From positions 1 through 62,351 of the forward strand of contig JBEIFW010000001.1 of NCBI GenBank assembly GCA_040382215.1: DNA of 62,351 bases. Direction: 5' to 3'. The first letter of the stretch is position 1. Each line of letters starts with the position of its first letter. This DNA comes from Acidimicrobiales bacterium (GTDB taxonomy: Bacteria > Actinomycetota > Acidimicrobiia > Acidimicrobiales > Ilumatobacteraceae). The translations under genes were made by a program, and so were the position numbers. The notes under the pieces are model-generated. The model was not told the origin of the DNA. It was given only the letters and a program-made list of their open reading frames with translations, and did not search any database. This document shows, piece after piece, positions 10,623 through 19,317 of the stretch.

Positions 10623-11777
10623 ATGCGCAACCGCGTGTGCGAACTGCTGGGGATCGAGTTCCCGATCCTGGCCTTCACCCACTGCCGTGACGTGGCCGCG
10701 GCTGTCACCCGGGCCGGCGGCTTCGGGGTGCTCGGCGCCGCCGGGCACACGCCCGAGGAACTCGACATCGACCTTCGATGGATCCGCGAGCAGGTCGGCG
10801 ACAAGCCGTTCGGCGTCGACATCATCGTGCCCGCCAAGTACGTGGGCAAAGACGACGGTGGACTGACGCGAGCCGAGATGCGGGCGCTCATCCCACAGGC
10901 GCACAAGGACTTCCTCGACGACTTGCTCCAGCGCTACGACGTGCCACCGCTCGCGACCGACGACGACCGACGCACGCGTGGCGGCGACGAGGCCGCTCCG
11001 ATGACCTACGACCAGGCCGTGCCGCTGATGGACGTTGCGTTCTCCCACCCGATCTCGCTGATCGTCAACGCCCTCGGCTCGCCACCCCCGGACATGGTCG
11101 CGCGGGCCCAGGCCGCCGGTGTGAAGATCGGGGCATTGGCCGGCAAGGCCGCCCACGCCGTGCGTCACGTCGCCGCCGGGGTCGATCTGATCATCGCTCA
11201 GGGGCACGAAGCGGGCGGCCACACCGGCGAGATCGGGACCATGGTGCTCGTTCCGGAGATCGTCGACGCCGTTGCCCCCGTCCCGGTGCTCGCCGCCGGC
11301 GGGATCGGTTCGGGCCGTCAGATGGCCGCTGCGCTCGCGCTCGGCGCCGAGGGCGTCTGGTGCGGTTCGATCTGGCTCACCACCGAGGAAGCCGAGACCC
11401 ACCCACTGGTCAAGCAGAAGTACCTTGCAGCGACGTCCTCGGACACGTTGCGGTCGCGCAGCCGGACCGGGAAACCCGCTCGGCAACTGCGCAGCGCCTG
11501 GACCGACGAGTGGGAAGGTCCGAACAGCCCGGGACCCTTGCCGATGCCGCTGCAGCCGATCCTGATCGCTGAGGCATCCGTCCGCATCGACCGCGCCGCG
11601 CACGAACTCGGTTCAGGGGCGGGCCGGCTGGCCAACTCCTTCGTCGGCCAGATCGTCGGCTCGATGAACGAGGTCAAGCCGGCTGGCCGGGTCGTCCTCG
11701 AGATGGTCGATGGCTTCATCGACGCTGTACAACGGCTCGAGACGATGATGTCGTCCTCAGCGGCTGTCGAATCGTGA
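10623..11777 (+). CDS. nitronate monooxygenase / 2-nitropropane dioxygenase-like FMN oxidoreductase
   Basis: MRNRVCELLGIEFPILAFTH ... GHEAGGHTGEIGT ... AAGGIGSGRQMAAALALGAEGVWCGS. ATG at 10623 follows GAGGGGGAG. The 612-aa track ORF is an upstream artefact. Confidence 0.85.
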   Translation: MRNRVCELLGIEFPILAFTHCRDVAAAVTRAGGFGVLGAAGHTPEELDIDLRWIREQVGDKPFGVDIIVPAKYVGKDDGGLTRAEMRALIPQAHKDFLDDLLQRYDVPPLATDDDRRTRGGDEAAPMTYDQAVPLMDVAFSHPISLIVNALGSPPPDMVARAQAAGVKIGALAGKAAHAVRHVAAGVDLIIAQGHEAGGHTGEIGTMVLVPEIVDAVAPVPVLAAGGIGSGRQMAAALALGAEGVWCGSIWLTTEEAETHPLVKQKYLAATSSDTLRSRSRTGKPARQLRSAWTDEWEGPNSPGPLPMPLQPILIAEASVRIDRAAHELGSGAGRLANSFVGQIVGSMNEVKPAGRVVLEMVDGFIDAVQRLETMMSSSAAVES

Positions 11778-11780
11778 TGG

Positions 11781-11858
11781 TGGTCGGGTTGGAGGGATTC
11801 GAACCCTCGGCCTCCACGTCCCGAACGTGGCGCGCTAACCAAGCTGCGCTACAACCCG
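11781..11858 (-). tRNA. tRNA-Pro (anticodon CGG), CCA encoded
   Basis: The reverse complement CGGGTTGTAGCGCAGCTTGGTTAGCGCGCCACGTTCGGGACGTGGAGGCCGAGGGTTCGAATCCCTCCAACCCGACCA folds as a cloverleaf. The 7-bp acceptor is CGGGTTG/CAACCCG, the D stem is GCGC/GCGC, and the anticodon stem CCACG/CGTGG carries the loop TTCGGGA. The T arm is GAGGG-TTCGAAT-CCCTC. Confidence 0.95.
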
Positions 11859-11870
11859 TAGCGGCTCGGC

Positions 11871-11900
11871 AGCATACTCCGCCTTGCCGGTGAGCGTCAG
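11871..11900 (-). promoter_or_regulatory. candidate promoter for tRNA-Pro (-35 CTGACG, 18-nt spacer, -10 TATGCT)
   Basis: The minus-strand reading is CTGACG-N18-TATGCT. The -10 ends 12 nt before the mature tRNA 5' end, in the 50-nt gap after the receiver-domain gene. Confidence 0.35.
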
Positions 11901-11908
11901 GCCCGGCA

Positions 11909-12316
11909 TCAGCCGGCGACGGGCTCCTCGAGACCTTCGGTGTAGGAGCCCCCGGCCAGCACCGTACGCAGCGCCTTGCGAAGGCGGATCGCGTCGAGCG
12001 GCTTGATCACCCAACCGTCGGCACCCGAACGCCGGGCGAGGTGCAGATCGGCTCGACGGTCGAGCAGCATCACGATCGGCACCCGTGGGAGGCGTTCACC
12101 GCTCTCCTCCAACCGGAGCGCCATCGTCACGGCCATGCCGCCCATGGTGCCGATCTGCAGATCGGCGATCACCGCATCGGGCACGCGAGCCGCCACCGTG
12201 GACACCACGTCCTTGCCTGAACGGCACACCGTAAACGTGACATCCGGACCGCCGAGGGCGGCCTCGAGCTCCGCGAGGACCCAGTCAGCGTCGGCAGCGA
12301 GCAGCAAGTGCGGCAC
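11909..12316 (-). CDS. stand-alone response-regulator receiver (CheY-like) domain protein
   Basis: 135 aa. HLLLAADAD (acidic pocket), DAVIADLQIGTMGG (phospho-acceptor Asp) and GWVIKPL (conserved Lys) are present. The conserved Thr/Ser position reads Leu (IVMLLD). GTG start with no clear SD, 9 nt after the upstream stop. Confidence 0.7.
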   Translation of the reverse strand: MPHLLLAADADWVLAELEAALGGPDVTFTVCRSGKDVVSTVAARVPDAVIADLQIGTMGGMAVTMALRLEESGERLPRVPIVMLLDRRADLHLARRSGADGWVIKPLDAIRLRKALRTVLAGGSYTEGLEEPVAG

Positions 12317-12325
12317 GTGCGGAGA

Positions 12326-13444
12326 CTACCCGGCCGGTGCCGCCAGCTCCCTGGCGACGACCCGCAACCCCTCAAGATCGTGGACGTCCGCGGCCAGCAG
12401 CGGCACCTGCGTGGTCGGCGCCGAGCCGATCCCGGCCCGCAGTCCGGCGAGCTGCGCCGCCTCGCGCTCGGCCACGCGGCGCAACTCGGCGAGGTTCCGC
12501 CAGCCCGCGACCACCGGGCCCGTGGCACCGTCGGCCGAAGCATCGGCATCGGCCGCCGTACCGGTTCCGAAACGCGGATGGACCCGGTTGACCACCAGCG
12601 CCGCGACCGACCGCCCGGTCGCCCGCAACTCGTTCGCGAAGAACTCCGCTTCGTCGATGGCATCCCGTCGGGGGGACGTGACCAGGACGTACGCGGTCTC
12701 GGGGGCCCGCAGGAGCTCGATCACATGTGCCGCCCGGGTCCGGAACCCGGCCTCCATCCCGTCGAAGGCCTGGAAGAACGCGATGGCGTCGCCGATCACC
12801 TCGCCGCCGACCACCCGCGACGCCGTCCGTAGGAACGCCTGGGCGGCGACGTTCATTGCCTTGAGATAGAGCCGGGTCGGGGTGGTCAGGACGCGGTAGA
12901 GGCGGTGGTCCAGGAATCGCGTCAGCCGAGCCGGGGCGTCGAGGAACTCGAGCGCGTCCCGGGTCGGCGGGGTGTCGACGACGACGAGGTCGAAACCGCA
13001 CTCGGTGTGCAGCTCGTAGAGCTTCTCCGCCGCCATGTACTCCTGCGTTCCCGAAAGCGCTCCGGAGATGTTCTGGTAGAAGCGGTTTCCCAGAATTCGT
13101 TCCGCTTGGCCGGGATCGCCGGCATGGCGGCGCACCAGGGCGTCGAAGGTGGCCTTCGTGTCGAGCATCGTGGCCCACAGCTCGCCAGGCCACGGTCCCT
13201 CGATCCGTCGCAGCTCGTTGGACAGGCCGCCACGCAGACCGAGTGCGTCGGCGAGCCGCTTGGCCGGGTCGATCGTGACGACGACGGCCCGGCGGCCTCG
13301 TTCGGCGGCCATGAGCGCCACGGCGGCAGCCGTCGTGGTCTTCCCCACGCCGCCCGAGCCGCAGCACACGACGATCGAGCGATGCTCGACGAGGTCGGCA
13401 AACCCGGGCGAGCCGTCGGCGGCCGACAGCGTGCCGCTGCTCAT
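12326..13444 (-). CDS. ArsA/Get3-like (SIMIBI) ATPase, partner 2
   Basis: 372 aa. The P-loop is VVCCGSGGVGKTTTAAAVA, and DTPPT and a GxxxxL tail are present. It overlaps the upstream paralogue by ATGA (13441-13444). Confidence 0.85.
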   Translation of the reverse strand: MSSGTLSAADGSPGFADLVEHRSIVVCCGSGGVGKTTTAAAVALMAAERGRRAVVVTIDPAKRLADALGLRGGLSNELRRIEGPWPGELWATMLDTKATFDALVRRHAGDPGQAERILGNRFYQNISGALSGTQEYMAAEKLYELHTECGFDLVVVDTPPTRDALEFLDAPARLTRFLDHRLYRVLTTPTRLYLKAMNVAAQAFLRTASRVVGGEVIGDAIAFFQAFDGMEAGFRTRAAHVIELLRAPETAYVLVTSPRRDAIDEAEFFANELRATGRSVAALVVNRVHPRFGTGTAADADASADGATGPVVAGWRNLAELRRVAEREAAQLAGLRAGIGSAPTTQVPLLAADVHDLEGLRVVARELAAPAG

Positions 13445-14388
13445 GCCGTCGCCACGGCGGCGATGCCGTCACGCAGCCTTCCGGCGAGCTCGGCGATCTC
13501 CTCCGGCCCGATCGCCGCGGTGAACACCAACGGCAGCGGTAGCTGCGGGAGCGGCAGGGCCTCGGCCAGACGAGCGAGCTGCTGGCGCTGGATCGCCGTG
13601 CGCTCGAGGCGGAACCGGGCCGCGGCCAGCACATCGGGATCGAGCACCTCGGGATCGGCGCCGGTCGTGAGCCGTTCGAGGTGGCCAAGCTCGGGATAGA
13701 GACCATTGACCACGACGGGCCCGAGCGCGATGCCCACCCGGTCCTCGAGGGCGTAGGCGGTGTCGATCACCTCGTTCACGGGCGTCTCCTCCGGGAGCGT
13801 GACGAGAACCACCTGGCAGCGGGCCGGGTCGGAAAGCAGCGCGCTCACCTCCTCCGCCTGGGTCCGCACCGGACCGGCGGTCACGGCGTCGAGCAGACCC
13901 CTGGCCGACTGCAGGAAGGTGACCGCGTGACCGGCGGCAGGGGCATCGAGCAGCAGCAGGTCGGCGACCCCGCTCGTCTCGAGCTGCTTGATCCGACCGA
14001 GCACGAGGAGGTCGTCGATGCCCGGAGCGGCGGTGGCGACGATGTCGAGCACGCCGTGACGAAGTAGTCGTCCGGTGAGCCGACGCAGGCCGTGGTCGTC
14101 GAGGTATTGGCTGAGCGCGTGACCGGCGCGCACGAGCCGAGCTCGGATCTCGCCGCATCCATCGGGCCCGAGCCCGGTGGCGCAGGTCACCTCGACGTCA
14201 CCGAGCGGTCCGGTGCCGCCGAGCAGCAGCGACAAGGTCTCCTTGCCGTCGACGCCGAGCACGAGCACCCGGAGACCCAGGTCGGCTGCTGCCCGAGCGA
14301 GCGCAGCCGTTACCGTTGTCTTGCCTACCCCGCCTTTGCCGGCCACGACCAGCAGCCGGGAGGCGGTGAAGAACTGAAGCGGATCCAC
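13441..14388 (-). CDS. ArsA/Get3-like (SIMIBI) ATPase, partner 1
   Basis: 315 aa with the deviant Walker A LVVAGKGGVGKTTVTAALA and LLLDAPAAGH. It is paired with the downstream paralogue, as in the conserved actinobacterial two-gene arrangement. Confidence 0.85.
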   Translation of the reverse strand: MDPLQFFTASRLLVVAGKGGVGKTTVTAALARAAADLGLRVLVLGVDGKETLSLLLGGTGPLGDVEVTCATGLGPDGCGEIRARLVRAGHALSQYLDDHGLRRLTGRLLRHGVLDIVATAAPGIDDLLVLGRIKQLETSGVADLLLLDAPAAGHAVTFLQSARGLLDAVTAGPVRTQAEEVSALLSDPARCQVVLVTLPEETPVNEVIDTAYALEDRVGIALGPVVVNGLYPELGHLERLTTGADPEVLDPDVLAAARFRLERTAIQRQQLARLAEALPLPQLPLPLVFTAAIGPEEIAELAGRLRDGIAAVATA

Positions 14389-14412
14389 GATCCCCCTCGA
14401 GGAGGCGTCACG

Positions 14413-15753
14413 GTGCGAAGACTAGCGATCGCCCTCGCCGCGCTCGGCGCCGGAGCCGGAGCGCTGCTCGGCGGGCCCGCCGCCGATGCGACCGCCCAGG
14501 CGACCGAGGGGGTGCCGGTCGTCGAGGTCATCGAGGCGACGGGTCTGCTCGACGAGGTCGTGGCGGACCACATCGCCACCACCTTGCGGCGCACGGCCAC
14601 CGATGGCACGGTCGGGGTGATCCTGCGGCTCGACAGCGACCGCGCCGTCGTGCCGGCTGCACGGGTGGCCGACCTGGCCCGGCAGATCGCCGGATCGCCG
14701 ATCCCGGTTGCGATCTGGATCGGCCCCTCGTCGGGATCTCGGGGGTACGGCCTCCCGGGTCAGCTCGTCGGGGTCGCCGCAGCGGTCGGGATGGCACCCG
14801 GGAGTCGGGTAGGAAATCTCGGCCCCCTGCTCGACCTGGACGGTGTCCCCGTCGAGTTCGGCACCGCCGGGGCCCGCCTGACCACCGAGAGCCTGTCAGC
14901 CGACGAGGCCCTCGCCCAAGAGGTCGTACGCACCCCCACTGGCCGGCCCGCACCCACGCTGGGCGAATTCCTCGTCGCCCTGAACGGCCTTTCCCACAAG
15001 GGTTCCACCCTCACGACCGCCCGCACCGTCGAGACCGACGGCGCACCGAGGTTCGAACCGGCGGTCACGGTGCGGTTCGCCAAGCTCGACCTGCTCGGTC
15101 GGCTCATGCACACCGCCGCGAGCCCGCCGATCGCCTACCTACTGCTCGTCATCGGGTTGTCGCTGCTCGTGTTCGAATTGTTCACGGCCGGCGTCGGCAT
15201 CGCCGGGGTCACCGGTGCCGTGTGCGTCGTGCTCGGCTCGTACGGCGCGCTGGCGCTGCCGGTGCGTTGGTGGGCCCTCGCACTGCTGCTGGGGGCGGTC
15301 ATCTCGTTCGCCATCGACGTGCAGACCGGCGTGCCACGGGTGTGGACAGGGATCGGGGTCGTGTCGTTCGTCGTCGCCAGCGTGTTCCTGTTCGACGGCC
15401 TGCGCATCGGGTGGATCCCGCTCGGCGTCGGTATCGCCGGTGTGCTGCTCACCTACCTGACCGGCATGCCCTCGATGGTGCGGACTCGCTTCGCCACTCC
15501 CACGATCGGCCGGGAATGGATGATCGGGATGGAGGGATCCGCCGTGCAGGCCGTCGATCCCGACGGCATCGTCCGGGTGGGGGAAGGCACATGGCGGGCC
15601 CGCACGAACCGGGCCACCCCGATCGCCGAGGGTGCCGTGGTGCGAGTGGTGGCCGTCGACGGCCTCACGCTCGAAGTGGAGCCCGAAGCTGGCGGAGCAC
15701 AGGACTACCGGGAACGGGCCCGAGCCCGGGGCCGGTCGCGTCGCAAGGGCTGA
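14413..15753 (+). CDS. NfeD-family membrane-bound ClpP-class protease homologue
   Basis: GTG at 14413 lies 8 nt after GGAGG. There is a signal/TM segment, a ClpP/SppA-like N-domain, a block of TM helices, and a C-terminal OB-fold (GTWRARTNRATPIAEGAVVRVVAVDGLTLEVEP). Confidence 0.8.
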   Translation: MRRLAIALAALGAGAGALLGGPAADATAQATEGVPVVEVIEATGLLDEVVADHIATTLRRTATDGTVGVILRLDSDRAVVPAARVADLARQIAGSPIPVAIWIGPSSGSRGYGLPGQLVGVAAAVGMAPGSRVGNLGPLLDLDGVPVEFGTAGARLTTESLSADEALAQEVVRTPTGRPAPTLGEFLVALNGLSHKGSTLTTARTVETDGAPRFEPAVTVRFAKLDLLGRLMHTAASPPIAYLLLVIGLSLLVFELFTAGVGIAGVTGAVCVVLGSYGALALPVRWWALALLLGAVISFAIDVQTGVPRVWTGIGVVSFVVASVFLFDGLRIGWIPLGVGIAGVLLTYLTGMPSMVRTRFATPTIGREWMIGMEGSAVQAVDPDGIVRVGEGTWRARTNRATPIAEGAVVRVVAVDGLTLEVEPEAGGAQDYRERARARGRSRRKG

Positions 15754-15756
15754 GCC

Positions 15757-16671
15757 GTGCCGGCAGCCCGACCCCTCACCCTGTGGAAGCGGACGTGGGT
15801 CGACGGTCGCCCCGCCCGTTACGCGGTGGTCGGGGAGGGCCTGCCGGTGTTGTTCCTCCACGGATGGGCGCTTGCCCATCACAGCTACAAGGGGGTGGTC
15901 GAGCGGATCGCCGCCAAGGGCTGTCAGGTGTGGGCGCCTGCGCAACCAGGCTTCGGGGGCACCCCTGATCTTCCCAAGCGGGAGTTCTCCCTGGCGGGGT
16001 ACGGCAACTGGGCCGCCGCCTTCCTCGACGCCGTGAAGGTGCGGGAAAAGGTGGTCGTGGTGGGTCACTCCTTCGGTGGTGGCGTTGCGATACGCCTGGC
16101 GCACGATCATCCCGACCAGGTCCGATCACTCGTACTCGTGAACTCGATCGGCGGCTCGGCCTGGAAGCGAGGCAAGACGCTCACCTCGCTGGCCGAACGA
16201 CCCCTGTGGGACTGGGGCCTGCATTTTCCGAACGACATCTGGCCGTTGCCCCAGGCCACCAAGGTCCTCCCCGTGGTCCTCGAGGACGCCCTGCCGAACC
16301 TGCTGCGCCGCCCCGGCAGCATGTGGAAGGTCGGTCAGCTGGCACGCTCGGCCGACCTCCGGGCCGAGCTCGAGGAGCTCAAGCAGCGAGAGTTGCCCGT
16401 CACGGTGCTGTGGGGCAGCCGCGACGGAGTGATCCCCCGCGAATCGTTCGAGGCGTTGTGCGTGGCCTTGGGTGCCGAGGGCACGGTCGTGCCTGGTAGC
16501 CATTCCTGGCTCTTGGCCGATCCCGATGGGTTCAGCGAGGTGATCACCAACGACCTCGCCGTCGCCCACGCCGCCCGGGCGCTCGAGGCCGAGATCGAAG
16601 CGGCCGCAGCCGCTCGCGGCCGCAAGGTTCGCACCCGGGTGCCTCGACGAAATCTCGACTCGCTGCGATGA
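15757..16671 (+). CDS. alpha/beta-fold hydrolase
   Basis: 304 aa with LPVLFLHGWA and the nucleophile elbow VVGHSFGGG. It starts 4 nt after the NfeD stop. Confidence 0.85.
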   Translation: MPAARPLTLWKRTWVDGRPARYAVVGEGLPVLFLHGWALAHHSYKGVVERIAAKGCQVWAPAQPGFGGTPDLPKREFSLAGYGNWAAAFLDAVKVREKVVVVGHSFGGGVAIRLAHDHPDQVRSLVLVNSIGGSAWKRGKTLTSLAERPLWDWGLHFPNDIWPLPQATKVLPVVLEDALPNLLRRPGSMWKVGQLARSADLRAELEELKQRELPVTVLWGSRDGVIPRESFEALCVALGAEGTVVPGSHSWLLADPDGFSEVITNDLAVAHAARALEAEIEAAAAARGRKVRTRVPRRNLDSLR

Positions 16672-16695
16672 GCACGCACGTGCCGTTGTCCGGGC

Positions 16696-17205
16696 TCAGT
16701 GGCGGCGGGTGACGACCATCGTGGCCCGGTCGGTTCCAGCGATCGCATACGAGTAGGAACGGGTTCCGTCCCACACCTCGTCGATCCAGTCGGTCAGGGG
16801 TTCCCGCACCCAGACCGGGACCCGTTCGACGAGATGCGCGGCGCAGTCGTCCCGGCGCACGAAGCGGGCATCGACGACGATGCCGTCGGGATCGTCCCCC
16901 ACCCGCACCTCACCGGTGAACGCGACGGCACGCCAGGCTTCGACCCGGAGCACCCACCCCATGTCAGGGGCTTCGACGACGATGTCGTAGACAGGCCCCT
17001 CCCACCGAGTGACGACGATGCCGGTCTCCTCGGCGACCTCACGGCCGAGCCCGTCGACCAGATGTTCGTGGTCCTCGATCACGCCGCCGGGTGGGCTCCA
17101 GTCGTGACTCCCGTCCCGACGGCGATTGCAGACCAGCAAGACGTGGCCGTCCTGCTCGATGATCCCGCCCCCGACCGTCCAGCTGCGCACGGCACGTAGT
17201 CTCAC
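16696..17205 (-). CDS. NUDIX hydrolase
   Basis: The Nudix box is GGVIEDHEHLVDGLGREVAEETGI. GTG at 17205 gives 169 aa; the track ORF is extended upstream. Confidence 0.8.
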   Translation of the reverse strand: MRLRAVRSWTVGGGIIEQDGHVLLVCNRRRDGSHDWSPPGGVIEDHEHLVDGLGREVAEETGIVVTRWEGPVYDIVVEAPDMGWVLRVEAWRAVAFTGEVRVGDDPDGIVVDARFVRRDDCAAHLVERVPVWVREPLTDWIDEVWDGTRSYSYAIAGTDRATMVVTRRH

Positions 17206-17284
17206 ACCCGCCGACACCCGACGGGGCGTGATCACCGCTGGCGCCACGGACCCGGCGACGGCACGTCGGGCGGCATCCTCACCG

Positions 17285-18505
17285 TCAGCGGGGCAGGCCG
17301 AGGATGCGCTCTCCGAGGATGTTGTGCTGGATCTCGTCGGTGCCGCCGGCGATGCGAAGGCCGGGCGACGAGCACAGGAAGTGCGACCAGGTGTACGTGC
17401 CCCACTCGCCCATGTCTGCGGTGGCCGACATCCCCGCCAGTTCGCAGGCCAGGTTTCCGATGGCACGGTTCTGCTGGTTGGCCAGCAGTTTGACCAGCGA
17501 ACCCTCGGCGCCGCGCTCCTTGCCCGCAGCCACCGCCGCCTCGGCTCGCTGGGTGAGCCAGCTCAGCAGGTTCCGGTTGGTGACGATCCGGGCCAACGAC
17601 TGGCGCACCACCGGATCGGTCGCTCGCTCACGGTGCTGGGCGAGGCCGATGAGCATCGAGACCGGATCGAGGGTGGACCCCTTGCCGGAGCCCACCGAGG
17701 CCCGCTCGGACATCAGCGTCGTCAGGATGGCCCGCCAGCCGCCACCGGCTTCGCCGCAGCGGGCCGAGTCCGGGATCCGCGCGTCGGTGATGAAGACCTC
17801 GTTGAACTCGGCGTTGCCGTTCATCTGCCGCAGCGGCCGAGGCTCGATCCCCTGGGTGCGCATGTCGACGATGAACATCGTGAGCCCCTGGTGCTTGGGC
17901 ACCTCGGCGTCGGTGCGGGCGAGAAGCTGACCAAGATCGGCCTTGTGGGCGTAAGAGTTCCACACCTTCTGTCCGTTGACGACCCACTCGTCACCGTCGC
18001 GCTGCGCCCGGGTCTTCAGCCCGGCGAGATCGGACCCGGCCTCCGGCTCGGACAGCAGCTGGGAGCACAACAGTTCGCCGCGGTAGATCCGCTTCAGGTA
18101 GCGCTGCTTGAGGTCCTCGCTGCCGTGCACGAGGATCGCCGGACCGACCATCTCCCACGCAACGTTCCACGCTCCCTGGTCAGGCACGTCGTACTCGGCT
18201 TCGAGCTCGCGGTAGATCAGGTCGAGTTCGTGGTTGCGACCGCCGCCGCCGTAGGCGACCGGACCACCGATCCAACCGAAGCCGGCGTCGAACACCTTCG
18301 CTCGCCACATCCGAGCGGCGGCGAGCTTGGCGTCCTCGTCGTCGTGGTCCCGGCCTCCCATCAAGTTGAGCTCACCCGAGCCCTGGCCCCACACGAAGGT
18401 GTCCCGGCGGGGGCGGCGCTCGGCGTTGGCGTCGAGCCACGCTCGGGCCTCGGCAATGAACGCCTCACGCTCGTCCTCGGTCAGCGCGGCAGCTTCGTTC
18501 GACAC
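17285..18505 (-). CDS. acyl-CoA dehydrogenase
   Basis: ACAD pattern throughout, ending GGTDEIQHNILGERILGLPR. GTG at 18505 is preceded by GGAGGGG. The track start at 18523 is also possible. Confidence 0.9.
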   Translation of the reverse strand: MSNEAAALTEDEREAFIAEARAWLDANAERRPRRDTFVWGQGSGELNLMGGRDHDDEDAKLAAARMWRAKVFDAGFGWIGGPVAYGGGGRNHELDLIYRELEAEYDVPDQGAWNVAWEMVGPAILVHGSEDLKQRYLKRIYRGELLCSQLLSEPEAGSDLAGLKTRAQRDGDEWVVNGQKVWNSYAHKADLGQLLARTDAEVPKHQGLTMFIVDMRTQGIEPRPLRQMNGNAEFNEVFITDARIPDSARCGEAGGGWRAILTTLMSERASVGSGKGSTLDPVSMLIGLAQHRERATDPVVRQSLARIVTNRNLLSWLTQRAEAAVAAGKERGAEGSLVKLLANQQNRAIGNLACELAGMSATADMGEWGTYTWSHFLCSSPGLRIAGGTDEIQHNILGERILGLPR

Positions 18506-18549
18506 GACGGCATCCCCTCCCACGGCCCGCCCTGCGGGACCGCTCGTTC

Positions 18550-18571
18550 GTTTACCAAACGGCCGGTAGAC
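18550..18571. promoter_or_regulatory. 22-bp imperfect palindrome GTTTACC-AAACGGCC-GGTAGAC (operator copy 1) between tetR stop and acyl-CoA dehydrogenase start
   Basis: Read directly. Its reverse complement GTCTACCGGCCGTTTGGTAAAC matches GTCTACCGTCCGTTTGATAGAT at 25944-25965 in 18 of 22 positions. Confidence 0.55.
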
Positions 18572-18574
18572 AGT

Positions 18575-19261
18575 TCAACCGGTGGGGCGTCCGACGCTCC
18601 GGCTCGGCCGGCGACCGGGCGCATGCATGTGCTCGACCGGGCATCGCAACCCGTTGAGCAACAGCTCGGCGTACGTCTTGGCGACGACGTCGATCGGCGC
18701 ATCCGAGCCTGGTCGGTACCACTGGTAGACGGTGTTCAGCGTCGTCAGCAAGGCGCTGGCCGCAATTCGGCGGTCCAGATCGGGACAGAACGATCCGTCC
18801 GCCTGCCCGGCAGCAATCACCTCGTCGACGAACCGTTCGTAGGAGCGCCGCGCCGCCATGATCTCGCGCCGTCGTTCGGGCGACAGTGAGTTGTGCTCGG
18901 TGTAGAAGACCCGGATCCACGACAGGCGATGGCCGAACGCCATCACGTGGCCCTCGACCAGGGTGCGCAGCCGTTCGGCCGGTGCCTCGGAAGCGGACCG
19001 AGCGGCGGCGAGATTCGACTGCGCGCCCTCGTGGATCGTGCGGCTGATCCGGTAGAGGAGATCCTCTTTGGTGTCGATGTAGTAGTAGAGCGAGCCCTTG
19101 AGCAGCCCGACCGCCTCGGCGATGTCCTGCAGGGTGGTGGCGGCGTAGCCCTTGCGATGGAAGATGTCCGCCGCCACCTCGTAGATCTCCTGCTCCCGTT
19201 CGAGGGCGCGGTCGCGCGGCGGCCGTACCCGCCGACGTTTCGCCGTGTTCCCCTCGCTCAC
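18575..19261 (-). CDS. TetR/AcrR-family transcriptional regulator
   Basis: 228 aa with an N-terminal HTH (IFHRKGYAATTLQDIAEAVGLLKGSLYYYIDTKEDLL). GTG start is preceded by GAGGAG. Confidence 0.9.
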   Translation of the reverse strand: MSEGNTAKRRRVRPPRDRALEREQEIYEVAADIFHRKGYAATTLQDIAEAVGLLKGSLYYYIDTKEDLLYRISRTIHEGAQSNLAAARSASEAPAERLRTLVEGHVMAFGHRLSWIRVFYTEHNSLSPERRREIMAARRSYERFVDEVIAAGQADGSFCPDLDRRIAASALLTTLNTVYQWYRPGSDAPIDVVAKTYAELLLNGLRCPVEHMHAPGRRPSRSVGRPTG

Positions 19262-19281
19262 GTACTCCTCACCGCTGCGAT

Positions 19282-19317
19282 GGTATGACGGTCACGCGTC
19301 CGAGGCTCGGTCATACG
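19282..19317. promoter_or_regulatory. inverted repeat GGTATGAC-N20-GTCATACG immediately upstream of the tetR RBS
   Basis: Read directly: 7 of 8 arm positions are complementary. The half-site resembles the GGTAGAC arm of the 22-bp palindromes. The right arm overlaps the stop of the upstream NMO gene. Confidence 0.3.

Noticed and set aside
11781-11858. tRNA-Pro as the anchor of an integrated genomic island.
   Set aside because: No integrase, recombinase or phage gene lies on either side. I noticed no second copy of the tRNA 3' end (for example GGTTCGAATCCCTCC) in the window, and there is no obvious compositional break. The neighbours are ordinary metabolic genes.
12326-14388. ArsA/MinD-superfamily ATPase pair as the missing FlhG (and the adjacent REC as CheY).
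   Set aside because: They lie 24 kb from the flagellar locus, in a different operon context, and match the conserved actinobacterial Get3/ArsA-like pair rather than MinD/FlhG (there is no C-terminal amphipathic helix motif). The link would be pure speculation.
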